A DNA stretch of 64,000 nt from Lytechinus pictus (GCF_037042905.1 NC_087250.1:27530001-27594000); one strand, 5' to 3'; shown: positions 38,983-51,152, counted from the stretch's first letter. Translations and numbers: made by a program. The notes: generated from the sequence alone by a model not told the origin.

Positions 38983-39420
38983 CATCCATATTTGCATCAT
39001 ATCAAGTTTAGGTGACAGGTCATCAGGACATGTCATCAGAGGTCATGCAAAGGTCACGACGCGCACGTACGCGCGCGTCAAAATTCAAAAATTCCCCAAA
39101 TCAACCGTGGTCAAGTTTGGGTACGTTTCGGGTCATTTTGAGCATGTCAAGAATTTGCGCGCGCACAGGTATGCGTGCGCGTTCTTGCACCTACCATCGG
39201 TATGCATCTTCGAGTCATCATTTATTTTATGTCTGTCCATTGTCCATTAGCTTCTGATTAATTTGATACCTCATTCAGCCTCTTACGACCAATAATACGG
39301 GAATGCGCGTCCATTCAAATTTGCATTACACGCGCGTGCAAACTCGCAAAATAAGTCATAAGTGGGCAAAAATATGCCTATATAATATTCACTGTGACTC
39401 TTCAGGGAGTCCGTTGACCC
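38983..39420 (+). repeat. Near-identical partial copy of the interior of the Helentron-type element (40151-40570)
   Basis: Identical spurious 81-aa ORFs at 39012 and 40180; offset 1168 bp. Confidence 0.92.
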
Positions 39421-39791
39421 CCATTTTTTTTTTCCTATTCGAATAGAGTATGAATAGGAAATATGATTTCGTGCCACATTTGACCCTTAAAAACATCGTG
39501 ACGTCATCAAAATGGCGTCGGAACTAAAAATTAACGTTTTCTGTTTCATGATGTCACCACACTCATGTAAATTGATTCTAATTCCGTAAATATTGGTCTT
39601 TTCTCGCCAAATTTTCAATATGTTTTAGCTTAGAATGTACCCTTTAGACAATATGTCCATTGTATCATTTTAAAGCTTGTGCTATTCTCAAAACTAGAAC
39701 TTGTAGAGGTTTGTCATCATGCCAATTTTCTACTTGCAAAAATTTACATTGACAATATGTTTCCTGTTTTGCATTTGCCGTCTGTCGGAAA

Positions 39792-39858
39792 CATTGTGGT
39801 CGACTGGATAACGCACCTGACTAGTAAAGCAGGGGTCGGTGGTTCAAACCTTGCCTGC
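39792..39858 (+). pseudogene. tRNA-like Pol III cassette (degenerate), followed by a long T-run
   Basis: tgTGGTCGACTGGataacgcacctgactagtaaagcaggggtcggtGGTTCAAACC. Confidence 0.55.
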
Positions 39859-39890
39859 CTTTTTTTTTTTTTTTTTTTTTTTTCCTTTTT

Positions 39891-42023
39891 AGGTGGTCTG
39901 TCATGAATATGACAGATCACCTATTATATTCGTCAGAATTTACTTTATTTATTTTTATTGCCAAATTTTGTTCCCACTTTATCTCAAAATCGGGCTTGTC
40001 AAATTTCTTGATTTTCATGTCATGTATGGAAATTATTATGGAATCGTGAAACGAAACTTTTCAAGGTTATCAAATCATGATGACGTCATCTAGGCGCCAT
40101 TTTGTAAAATTATATGATTGTTCATATCATCGCAACTAATCATAAAAAATCATCCATATTTGCATCATATCAAGTTTAGGTGACAGGTCATCAGGACATG
40201 TCATCAGAGGTCATGCAAAGGTCACGACGCGCACGTACGCGCGCGTCAAAATTCAAAAATTCCCCAAATCAACCGTGGTCAAGTTTGGGTACGTTTCGGG
40301 TCATTTTGAGCATGTCAAGAATTTGCGCGCGCACAGGTATGCGTGCGCGTTCTTGCACCTACCATCGGTATGCATCTTCGAGTCATCATTTATTTTATGT
40401 CTGTCCATTGTCCATTAGCTTCTGATTAATTTGATACCTCATTCAGCCTCTTACGACCAATAATACGGGAATGCGCGTCCATTCAAATTTGCATTACTCG
40501 CGCGTAAATGGGCAAAAATATGCCTATATAAAATTCACTGTAGCTCTTCAGGGAGTCCGTTGACCCCAAATTTTTTCTCACTCTTTTATATAATCAATAT
40601 CTCATTTGGAGATTTTGTAATTACGTCAATTTTAAGTTATTAGTGAAAATTACATATTTTCGCAACAAACGTCAACGTACTTGACCGTATCTTCGTTATT
40701 ACTGGTCAGTTTTCTTCCAAATTTTGATATGATATAGTGAAGACAATTATCTACAAATAACATGTGACTAATTTTCACTTTTGACCCCAGCATCAGTGTG
40801 TTATAACTTGTTTAAGTTTTTGCTAATTTTTTCTGGACTTAATTTTTGAGAATTTTTTAAAGAAATTGCTTCATTAATCACTTGTACGGTCTTGCTGAAA
40901 ATTTTAAGCCCACCTGCTTTGCGGTTACTTATGTAGGACATATTTTGTAATTTTGCCGGAACTTTTTAAGGGGCAATTTTAACATTGTAAAACATCATTT
41001 ATGTATTTTTTTAGTAAACGCTGCAATATCTAAACGCTATTGGGTTGAAAATTTTCATTCCGGACATTTTGCGGAAATTCCTGGATTTTTTTTCTGTTTG
41101 TTAATTTTTACTTAATATAACGTATAACAAATTTTCAGGTACCTTCTGTGAAATGAAAAAATTGTGCAATTTAGTTAATTACACATGTTCCCGAAATTTT
41201 GCGGGAAAATTGCCAGTATTTGAATCTTTTACCTGACTTTTTTCAGTAAAAATCATCAAGAAAGAATTTTCAAGTAAATGTCAAAGTCATACACAATTAA
41301 TAAATGGATATTGAAAATTTTTGACGGAAAATATTATTTGAAATGTTTAAAAATTTGCAGAAATTTGGCAAACATTTACAAAAAAAATCTACTTGGTTCT
41401 TTTATCAAATACATCACTGATGAGTTTTGATGTGAATGCTGTGAAATTATAGCATTGTGAAATGTAGCAGAAAATTTGAACAAAAATATTTAAGATATTT
41501 TAGCTTTTAAAAAGTATCACCTATGAATTTTCAAGTATTCTGTGAAATTAATACCCACTGACATTGTGAAATGTCAGTGGGTGAAATCTTTAAAAAAAAT
41601 GCTCAAAGTACAAAGAATTTTTAACAAGATTTTGCATAAAAAACATCAAACTGTCGATTAAAAATTAGCTGCTGTGAAAATTAAGGCGCCTTTCATTGCG
41701 CAATTTTGGAAAGCCAATTTCGGTAAAATCGTCTGAGATTTTTGGAGAGTTTTTAAGGCATTTTACGTGCTCCTAACTTTATTTCGTATTTAACATATTG
41801 CATTATCACCACCATCATTACAATCATCACGATTGTCATCACTACATTTATAATCACATTTAGCAATGGTCAAAATTTATTTCTTTGATGTCTATGATCA
41901 AGATTATCAATCATATCTGAATGATTCATTCCCGGGATTCATTTTATACAACATTAGCCGTCAATGAATGAAAAATCATGACAGACCACCTAATTCGTCC
42001 GCATGACGAATTAAAATCTAGTT
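39891..42023 (+). mobile_element. Helentron/Helitron2-associated non-autonomous element (DINE-1/HINE architecture)
   Basis: 5' hairpin AGGTGGTCTGTCAT-gaat-ATGACAGATCACCT (39891-39922); 3' subterminal inverted repeat ATGACAGACCACCT (41978-41991); stem-loop AATTCGTC-cgcat-GACGAATT; end CTAGTT; T-rich flanks without a distinct TSD. Confidence 0.82.
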
Positions 42024-42099
42024 GTTTTTATTTTTTTATTATTATTGTTTTGTTTGTTGTTTCTAAGGAGGTTATTCGGCAATTGACTGTTAGATTTGC

Positions 42100-45000
42100 C
42101 TAAACTCTAGAAAGTGCATCCGCAATAACATTGTCATTTCCCTTGATATGAGTCACGTTCAGCCCATAAGGCTGAAGAAACAGACTCCAACGGAACAATC
42201 TCTGGTTCTTGTTCCTAAACCTTTCGAGGAAGGTTAGTGGATTGTGATCCGTGAAAACGGTCACATCAGGGCAGCTACTCAAATACACATCAAAGTGTTG
42301 AACTGCCAGCACCAGACCTAGGCACTCCTTCTCTACCGTAGAGTATCTTTGCTGGTGTACATCAAGCTTCTTCGAAAAGTAGCTCACGGGTTTCATGAAA
42401 CCCTCTTCATCCAACTGAAGGAGAACTGCACCAACTCCTACCTCACTTGCATCAGTGGCCAGTAGGAACGGATGCTCAAAGTTAGGAGCCTGCAATACAG
42501 GCTTTGAGATAAGAACAGCTTTCAATTTCTGAAAGGCAATCTCACATGGTTTGGTCCAATCAAACTTGGTCCCCTTCTTGAGAAGATCTGTAAGAGGAAT
42601 AGCAATGTCACTGAAATTCGGAACAAACTTGCGGTAAAACCCACACATGCCCAGAAACCTCATCACCTCCCTCTTTGTGGAAGGGGCAGGGAAATCCACA
42701 ATAGCTTGGATCTTTGCCTCTCGTGGGGCAACGCGTCCATGCCCTACTACATGACCCAAGTAAGATACTGTTGCCTGCGCAAACTCACACTTGGACAAAT
42801 TCACAACAAGTCCTGCCTTGGTCAATCTGACAAACACATCTCTCAAGCAAGTTAGATGATCTGACCAGGTATCACTAACTACTAGAATATCATCAAGATA
42901 TACTACAACATTGTCCAGTCCGGCAATTACACAATTCATGAGCCGTTGAAATGTTGCTGGAGCATTCCTCATGCCAAATGGCATAACCCGACACTGGAAT
43001 AACCCCTGTGGGGTCACAAATGCAGAGATTTCTTTAGCCCTCTCTATTAATGGCACCTGCCAATAACCTTTCATCAGATCCAGCTTTGTGATATACCTTG
43101 CATTACCAATCTGATCAATGCAATCCTCAATACGAGGTAGAGGAAATGAGTCAGGTTTTGTTACAGCATTGACTTTCCTGTAGTCAATGCAAAAACGCTG
43201 ACTCCCATCTGGTTTTGGAACAAGAACTACAGGTGAACTCCAGCAGCTCTGACTAGGCTCAATGACACCGCATGCAAGCATATACTCAAGTTCCTTCCGC
43301 ACCTGGCTCTTCTTTCTTGGCTTCAAACGGTAGGGATGTTGTTTAATAGGCAGATGATCGCCTACATCAACATCATGAATAGCCTCTCCGGTATATCCCA
43401 ACTTATCTCCACATACTTCAGGGTAATCAAGAAGTATTTGCACTACATCCTGCTGTTCAAAATCTGATAGATGACCCAATATCTTTGAGGGATCAGCCAT
43501 CACCTGTGAGTTATTCACCTTTCCAGACATCCCTTCACCAATCTCCGCTTCCACCGGGATTTCAAGTTCTGCAGGAATATGTTCTGCTGCCTTTTCACAA
43601 ACAACAGCAACTGTCACCACCTCGTCACGATCATAATACTTCTTCAGCATATTAATATGGCAAACCCTCTTTGTTTTTCTCCTGTCTGGAGTACTCACAA
43701 GATAGGTTTCTTTACCCAAGTTCTTCTCTACCACATATGGACCACTGAACTTTGCTCTAAGAGGTTCACCCTGGATGGGCAGTAACACAAGGACTTTGCT
43801 ACCAGGCTCGAATGAGCGAGGTTCTGCCTTCTTATCTGCCCGGGCCTTCATTGCACCTTGAGACAACCTCAAATGTTCCCCCGCGAGTTCACACGCCCTC
43901 AAGAGTCGTTCACGAAATTGTGACACATAATCAAGCACATTCCCACTCTCCATCCCAAAATCTGACAACATATGCTCCTTCACTACCTTGAGAGGACCTC
44001 TTGGCTCATGGCCAAACACAAGCTCAAATGGGGTGAATCCCGTAGATTCATTTGGAGTATCACGAGAGGCAAATAGGAGGAAAGGAATGCCCTTTTCCCA
44101 GTCTCCAGAGTTCTCAGAGCAGTAAGACTTGATCATTGTCTTTAAGGTCTGATGGTATCTCTCAAGGGCACCCTGCGACTGTGGGTGGTAAGGTGATGAG
44201 TTTACCTGCTTGATTCCTAATTGATGCATCACCTCCTGGAATACACTAGACGTGAAATTAGAGCCCCGATCTGACTGGATGTCTTGAGGGAGTCCATAGC
44301 GTGTGAAGAACACCAAGAGGGCATCAATAACCGTCTTAGCCTTAATGTTCCTCAACGGAAAAGCTTCTGGAAAACGTGTGGTGGAATCCATGACAGTAAG
44401 CAAGTATTGATAACCTGCCTTGGTTTTCGGCAAAGGGCCAACACAATCTATCAATACACGGCTAAATGGTTCAGGAAAAACAGGAATTGGAATAAGTGGG
44501 GCTGGTTTGATGTGATGTTGTGGCTTGCCCACCACCTGACAGACATGACATGACTTACAATACTCAGATACGCACTTCCTGAGACCAGGCCAGTAGAAAG
44601 GAGCCCTAATCCTGGCCACTGTCTTCCTCACACCTAGATGTCCAGCAAGGGGAATATCATGAGCTAACCTTAGAATCTCTGCTCGATACTGGGGCGGGAC
44701 AACAATCTGATCTACCGCAACCCAATCTTCATCAGCTGGGCGACCAGGAGGACACCATTTTCGCATCAACACACCAGACTTGATGTAATAACACTGTGAG
44801 ACCTTCTCAGCCTCCTCTGCTGTCAAAGCAACATGATACAAACCCTTCAAGTCTGCAGCTGACTGTTGGGCTGCAATCAAGGCAGGCTGGCTGAAAACAG
44901 TCCTATCATCACCAGTCTGACTATTCATTCTCTCACTCAGATCTCTGAAAATTGTATCCCCTAAATCTATGTCACCACCATTTTCAACCTCTCTCTCATC

Positions 45001-46662
45001 TCGCCCTGCCATAGCCTGCGCTCTGGTAACCGCACACGATGGAAAAATACATGGGATAGCCGTTTTCATAGCCTCTGTCTTGGAATCCACTACCGGCATG
45101 TCACTCAACACAGTAGATGGCTGCACCTTACCCCCAGCCAAATCATTGCCAAGCAGCATTGTGATTCCCTTCATAGGCAATCGAGAAACAACGCCAACTG
45201 TCACTCGCCCAGAAACCAGCCCACTACAAAGTTCTACATCATATAGAGGAACAGATTTGAAACCCTCATTCACATCTTGGATCAGAACTCTCATGCCTGT
45301 GAAACTAGATTCAATGGATGACTCATCAGCAATTAATAGTGTCTGAACAATGCCAGTATCTCTCAAAATCACAACAGGAAATTCCTCTCCATCAACAGTG
45401 AACTTCACCGTGCCATCAGAAATAAATTCCTTGTATCCTTCATCCACCCCATCACGAAACGTCTGCTTTACCCCATCACCACACACAGGGTCTCCTACAC
45501 AAACCGTAGCCGGCCGAACAAAACCGCTGGCCTGGACTTTATTCTGACCAGTATTCTTGTCCTTTAGTTTCTGACAGTGAGAAATAAGGTGCCCATCCTT
45601 CTTACAGTATGCACAAAACAACCTGCCCTCTGGTCTAACACCATTAGACTGGCTACCACCACTCAACTTACTCTTCGGCGACTTTGACCTCTCCATTTCC
45701 TTATGTAACGTCTCGGACCTACTCCAACCAAAACCACTCGCTAACGGACTAGAAGGTTGGAGCTGCGATGCGCTACTTCTATGTGACAACTCATACCCAT
45801 CTGCCAACATTGCAGCATTTCTGACACTAACAACAGCATGATCATTCATGTACGTTTTAACATCACGGGACATGCATCTTGTGAACTCATCAATCAAAAC
45901 AACCTCACGCAGTGATTCATATGTCGTCTCAATTCTCAGAGACCGGATCCATCTATCAAATGCGACCTCTTTTCGACGTGCAAACTCAACACAAGTCTCT
46001 GCAGAATCCCTCTTGAGATCACGAAACATCTGACGGTATGCCTCTGGGACTAGCTCAAACGCCTGAAGGATGGCATCTTTCATTTTCCAATAGTCAAAAG
46101 CGTGATCATAGCTCAGTGCAGACACGACAGACTGTGCCTTGCCTGAAATTACTTGCTGAATGAGCAATGCCCAGTCACTTTCAGGCCATTCCATTTTCCT
46201 GGCTACTCTCTCAAACAAAAGAAAGAACGAGTCTAAATCAGTCTCATCATACCTTGGAATAAGCTTTACCCTGGCAGAGAACCCAGCTTCCATTGACCTT
46301 TTCTCTCTCTCACCCAACTGCCCACTCTGAGACACAATTTCACTATGCCGCATCATCTCAAACTCCAGTCGCTTTCTTTCCATTTCCCTCTCATGCTCAG
46401 CAGCTCTCAGCCTATCTCTTCTTTCTTCTAGTTCAATACGGGCCAGTGCAAGCCGTACTTCATGACTGTCAAGTTTAGTTCTGTCATCACAATCATTATC
46501 AGAATCACCACTCATACTTTCAGGTATCAATTCCGCACGGGCCGCAATAGCAGAAAATAACTCTGCCTTAGTCTTCAAATCCGAAAGATCTTTACGCAGC
46601 TGACGCAAGCGAACGAGTGTGAGGTCTGCCTCTAAAAACGTATCTACATTAAACTGTGCCAT
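42100..46662 (-). CDS. Gag-Pol polyprotein of a Gmr1-like Ty3/Gypsy LTR retrotransposon (Gag-PR-IN-RT-RNase H)
   Basis: Zinc knuckle CAYCKKDGHLISHC; protease LRDTG; integrase HHCC, LIDCVGP/SDRGSNF/LERYH and GPY; RT FCIDYRKVN, MPFG, YLDD; RNase H TDAS, EKE, TDH, ADALSR. Uninterrupted 1520 aa. Confidence 0.97.
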   Translation of the reverse strand: MAQFNVDTFLEADLTLVRLRQLRKDLSDLKTKAELFSAIAARAELIPESMSGDSDNDCDDRTKLDSHEVRLALARIELEERRDRLRAAEHEREMERKRLEFEMMRHSEIVSQSGQLGEREKRSMEAGFSARVKLIPRYDETDLDSFFLLFERVARKMEWPESDWALLIQQVISGKAQSVVSALSYDHAFDYWKMKDAILQAFELVPEAYRQMFRDLKRDSAETCVEFARRKEVAFDRWIRSLRIETTYESLREVVLIDEFTRCMSRDVKTYMNDHAVVSVRNAAMLADGYELSHRSSASQLQPSSPLASGFGWSRSETLHKEMERSKSPKSKLSGGSQSNGVRPEGRLFCAYCKKDGHLISHCQKLKDKNTGQNKVQASGFVRPATVCVGDPVCGDGVKQTFRDGVDEGYKEFISDGTVKFTVDGEEFPVVILRDTGIVQTLLIADESSIESSFTGMRVLIQDVNEGFKSVPLYDVELCSGLVSGRVTVGVVSRLPMKGITMLLGNDLAGGKVQPSTVLSDMPVVDSKTEAMKTAIPCIFPSCAVTRAQAMAGRDEREVENGGDIDLGDTIFRDLSERMNSQTGDDRTVFSQPALIAAQQSAADLKGLYHVALTAEEAEKVSQCYYIKSGVLMRKWCPPGRPADEDWVAVDQIVVPPQYRAEILRLAHDIPLAGHLGVRKTVARIRAPFYWPGLRKCVSEYCKSCHVCQVVGKPQHHIKPAPLIPIPVFPEPFSRVLIDCVGPLPKTKAGYQYLLTVMDSTTRFPEAFPLRNIKAKTVIDALLVFFTRYGLPQDIQSDRGSNFTSSVFQEVMHQLGIKQVNSSPYHPQSQGALERYHQTLKTMIKSYCSENSGDWEKGIPFLLFASRDTPNESTGFTPFELVFGHEPRGPLKVVKEHMLSDFGMESGNVLDYVSQFRERLLRACELAGEHLRLSQGAMKARADKKAEPRSFEPGSKVLVLLPIQGEPLRAKFSGPYVVEKNLGKETYLVSTPDRRKTKRVCHINMLKKYYDRDEVVTVAVVCEKAAEHIPAELEIPVEAEIGEGMSGKVNNSQVMADPSKILGHLSDFEQQDVVQILLDYPEVCGDKLGYTGEAIHDVDVGDHLPIKQHPYRLKPRKKSQVRKELEYMLACGVIEPSQSCWSSPVVLVPKPDGSQRFCIDYRKVNAVTKPDSFPLPRIEDCIDQIGNARYITKLDLMKGYWQVPLIERAKEISAFVTPQGLFQCRVMPFGMRNAPATFQRLMNCVIAGLDNVVVYLDDILVVSDTWSDHLTCLRDVFVRLTKAGLVVNLSKCEFAQATVSYLGHVVGHGRVAPREAKIQAIVDFPAPSTKREVMRFLGMCGFYRKFVPNFSDIAIPLTDLLKKGTKFDWTKPCEIAFQKLKAVLISKPVLQAPNFEHPFLLATDASEVGVGAVLLQLDEEGFMKPVSYFSKKLDVHQQRYSTVEKECLGLVLAVQHFDVYLSSCPDVTVFTDHNPLTFLERFRNKNQRLFRWSLFLQPYGLNVTHIKGNDNVIADALSRV

Positions 46663-47363
46663 ATTTCTCTATCCAGTAAATTGACATAAAAAAAAGAAGA
46701 ATGAAAGAAAAGAAACAAGTATTTAGGAGATCTAACAACAGTATGTCTAAAAAAAAATCATTAAAATGTCATGCGCCCATGCCACGGACCAGGCTATGTC
46801 ACACGCGTTTCAGTTTTGAAACCATATGTTCAGGTCTAATGTCAAAATAGTATGACCTAGTCTAAGAGACAAAAAAAAAAAGGTCACATCAAAAACTCCT
46901 CTATTCTAAGAGTCTAACTCTAACGTTAAGGCTCTAGAATGGCATAGGACCTAGACTGACTCAAGAATCAAGGATAGGTCTAAATCATCAAAGTAGACAA
47001 CGTTACGAAATGTCCTTGCCGGCCAAACTCATCCAGGCAATGAACAGAGCAGAATCGCGACGAAAAATGTCCTGGAAAGTGCAGAAAAATGCACAGTATT
47101 GACAGTAAGAATATTAAATAGCACCAGCCAACGACTGCAGTACAAGCTATTTAATAAATAGACCTAAATCCTGAAATCGAGACCACAAACAACGCCTACG
47201 CTACATGTAACTTAGTACAGAAGTAGCCGAGACAAGCAAGCAGTAGGCAAATGCCAAAGCAGAGAAAACCCCGACATCAAATTAGATACGTGGGACAATA
47301 ACGTAAACAAAAGCGAGATCGGACACAACCCGAGCAAGACAAATGGCTTGTAAAATTATATTT

Positions 47364-47377
47364 CGGACAAGCCCCCA
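47364..47377 (-). promoter_or_regulatory. Primer-binding site, tRNA-Pro type
   Basis: Minus strand TGGGGGCTTGTCCG, 2 nt after an LTR-like ...TGACA end; canonical tRNA-Pro PBS is TGGGGGCTCGTCCG. Confidence 0.85.
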
Positions 47378-47379
47378 TA

Positions 47380-47564
47380 TGTCATATCAGGGAGGGGAGC
47401 TTAAGAAAATACCCTTCCTGGTATGACTATCACAACAACTCCATCAACAATACAAAACAGAAACAAACGGAAAATGAGGCAAAATTCATAAAATTACCTT
47501 AAAACTTCTTTTATTGCGCAAAGGCGCCCTCTTGCGCTGACAAGAATCGCACATGTACATGACA
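47380..47564 (-). mobile_element. 5' LTR of the Gypsy element (outer boundary tentative)
   Basis: Adjacent to the PBS; TGTCAT...ATGACA inverted termini; minus-strand AATAAA at ~47510-47515. No second LTR to confirm the length. Confidence 0.6.
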
Positions 47565-48280
47565 CACAAATTACTCGCGCTTCGCGCTCGCATTTATTAT
47601 TTTTGAAGAAAAAATGATATTACATATATATATATATGGATTTGGAGGGCGCAATTCATCTTCGCTGGATAAGGTCACGACCGTTCCCGGAGAGTGATTA
47701 AACCCTCTATTTCGAACGTTTTTGGATATATATTTTGAGAAAGGACTAGTGGAATCTGAGGTAAATATAGTGACATAACATATATATCTATTTGGAAACT
47801 GGATGTTGTTGCATGGTCTTGATATTTTGAGATTCCAACTTTGATGTTAACGCCCAGGCTATTTTTGAAAGATGGCGGCCTACGCAGAAAAAGCCCGGTT
47901 TAAACCTCCAATAGACTCAACTGACATTAAACCGGTGTTTGTGAAACACAAGGACATCCCCTCTAGTAATGACAATACAGATGTATCAAGTGAAGAACTT
48001 TTCATGTGCATTGCTCGTACAACAAAAAGTAGCGGCATTAGAGGGATTCAAAAAATCGGAGGTTTATGGCGTTCATATCTATGAGGCGCCGAATGTACCA
48101 ATATTATTTAGAACAATTATTTCTTATATAATCATTATTTATCAAATAATAACTATTATTTATATATAATTTACATTTTATTTGTAAATAACTACTATTA
48201 TATAAAATATCATTTCTAATTATTTATATATAATTCCAAGTAATACTTCATTATTTGTAAATAATAATAGTTCGACATTC

Positions 48281-48570
48281 CATTATTTATAAATAATGAT
48301 TATTTGTTTTTCATTATTTATAAATAATGATTATTTGTTTTTCATTATTTATAAATAATGATTATTTGTTTTTCATTATTTATAAATAATGATTATTTGT
48401 TTTTCATTATTTATAAATAATGATTATTTGTTTTTCATTATTTACAAATAATGATTATTTGTTTTTCATTATTTATAAATAATGATTATTTGTTTTTCAT
48501 TATTTACAAATAATGATTATTTGTTTTTCATTTTTTATAAATAATGATTATTTGTTTTTCATTATTTATG
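48281..48570 (+). repeat. 31-bp subterminal tandem array with 18-bp palindromic core CATTATTTATAAATAATG (mirror at ~55945-56207)
   Basis: Read directly. Confidence 0.93.
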
Positions 48571-51152
48571 AATAATTTGTTGAGTTTTCCATTATTTATA
48601 AATAATGATTATTTGTTAAATAATGAAAACGTCTACTTCATTATTTATAAATAATTTTTTCGAGTGCACCATTATTCTCATTATTTATAAATAATCATTA
48701 TTTAATGTTCGAGTTTTCCATTATTTATAAATAAAAATTATTTGTTAAATAATGAAATATCTACTTCATTATTTATAAATAATAATTTTGTTTCAATATC
48801 CCATTATTTATAAATAATCATTATTTATAAACAATTTTTACAGTTTGCCATTATATACAAATAATCATTATTTATATAAAAATAACCATTATTTATTAAA
48901 TAATGCCATTATTTATTAAATAATGCCATTATTTATTAAATAATGGAAAACTCGCTATAACATGCAAATGTGGGACCGCCCATGATATGAATATTCATGA
49001 TGCGATTTCCTTTTTCGTGATTTTTCTTCACAAATGTTTGTCCATTTCCTCTTTATAATGACATTTCTTGAAGCAATTTTCTAGGGATATGGTCTGATTG
49101 TAATATTCTTCATTTTCTATATAACTTCGTCTTCGTAGAAATATCAAAAAGTGTAATTTTATACGATTTTTCCTACAGTTCACAATCCCCATAGGCGCGC
49201 GTGTATCGTAGGGACAACCGGTGAATCGACGGAGTGCTCTTCATCGAAATACTACATTGGTTGGTCCCCGGAAGTGGCGGGCGGAATTTAGCCCGAATCC
49301 TCGATGGAAGTCGATCAAGTGCATATGAGCTGAGAGAGTGAAATATCAGTGTACTTGTACAGGCCCTTCTACTTTTTATAAATATTTATTGTTGCTTTTT
49401 TTGTTAAGTAAATTTTTCCTGGTTTAGAGATAAGTTTCAGTTCTAATAATGCACTTCAAATACATTTTGGAGTGTCTGTTTGAGGCATTTGGGGCGATTT
49501 CACCCTGGCCCCAAAATGCTCGCAACGACAATACGGGGGCATGATGACCCCTAAATTTTTAAAAACTTATTTTTCTATTGAAAATTATCACAAAATTCAC
49601 CAAAAGTGTGCACGAAAGCCTTCGTATTTAACTTTTAAAACTCCAAAAAGTGCCCAAATGACAAGCTTGGTCGCTTCACTGTGTCGCTTTCAACTTGAGA
49701 ACGTTTACGCAGAACACAGAATTTTTACACATAATTTTTACCGGGGGGGGGGGGAGCAGCTAGGACACGCGTAAAGTTTCTCAAAAAAAATCTTGAAAGC
49801 GAGACAGCGACGCGACCAAGCTCAAATGACAAGCTTGGTCGCTTCGCTTTTTCAAGATTTTTTATGAGAACAAAAAAATTCTGCGTAAGGCCATGATGAT
49901 AATGAGATAAAAATAATGAAAATGAAGTATACATAAATCAATGTGCCAGGCTCTTTAGAGCATGGCCGTATACAGAATTTCTTTCGGAGGAGGGGGGGGG
50001 GGAAGCAGACGTACGCGTAAACTTTCTCAAGTTGAAAGCGACACAGCGAAGCGACCAAGCTTGTCATTTGGGCTTGGTCCCGTGGCTGTCTCGCTTTCAA
50101 GATTTTTTTGAGAAAGTTTACGCGCGTCATGCTCCGGCCCCGGCCCCCCTTGAAAAAATTATGCGTAAGGCCATGTTGATAATGAGATGAAAATAATGAA
50201 AATGAAAGTATACATAAATCAATGTGCCAGGCTCTTTAGAGCATGGCCGTATACAGAATTTCTTTCGGAGGAGGGGGGGGGGAGCAGACGCGTAAACGTT
50301 AATTCTCAAGTTGAAAGCGACACAGCGAAGCGACCAAGCTTGTCATTTGGGCACTTTTTGGAGTTTTAAAAGTGAAATACGAAGGCTTTCGTGCACACTT
50401 TTGGTGAATTTTGTGATAATTTTCAATAGAAAAACAAGTTTTTAAAAATTTAGGGGTCATCATGCCCCCGTATTGTCGTTGCGAGCATTTTGGGGCCAGG
50501 GTGAAATCGCCCCAAACGCCTCAAACAGACACTCCAAAATGTATTTGAAGTGCATTATTAGAACTGAAACTTATCTCTACACCAGGAAAAATTAACTTAA
50601 CAAAAAAGCAACAAGAAATATTTATAAAAAGTAGAAGGGCCTGTACAAGTACACTGATATTTCACTCTCTCAGCTCATATGCACTTGATCGACTTCCATC
50701 GAGGATTCGGGCTAAATTCCGCCCGCCACTTCCGGGGACCAACCAACGTAGTATTTCGATGAAGAGCACTCCGTCGATTCACCGGTTGTCCCTATACGAT
50801 ACACGCGCGCCTATGGGGATTGTGAACTGTAGGAAAAATCGTATAAAATTACACTTTTTGATATTTCTACGAAGACGAAGTTATATAGAAAATGAAGAAT
50901 ATTACAATCAGACCATATCCCTAGAAAATTGCTTCAAGAAATGTCATTATGAAGAGGAAATGGACAACAATTTGTGAAGAAAAATCACGAAAAAGGAAAT
51001 CGCATCATGAATAATCTTATCATGGGCGGTCCCACATTTGCATGTTATAGCGAGTTTTCCATTATTTAATAAATAATGGTTATTTGTATATAAATAATAA
51101 TTATTTGTATATAATGGCAAACTGTAAAAATTGTTTATAAATAATGATTATT

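Noticed and set aside
39012..40425. Two identical 81-aa ORFs
   Set aside because: Non-ATG start, no domain; identity reflects the repeat duplication.
43579..46478. Plus-strand ORFs within the Gypsy element
   Set aside because: Antisense shadows of the Gag-Pol frame.
42100..46662. Copia classification based on integrase-before-RT order
   Set aside because: RT (YLDD, MPFG), RNase H and GPY motifs are Gypsy-type.
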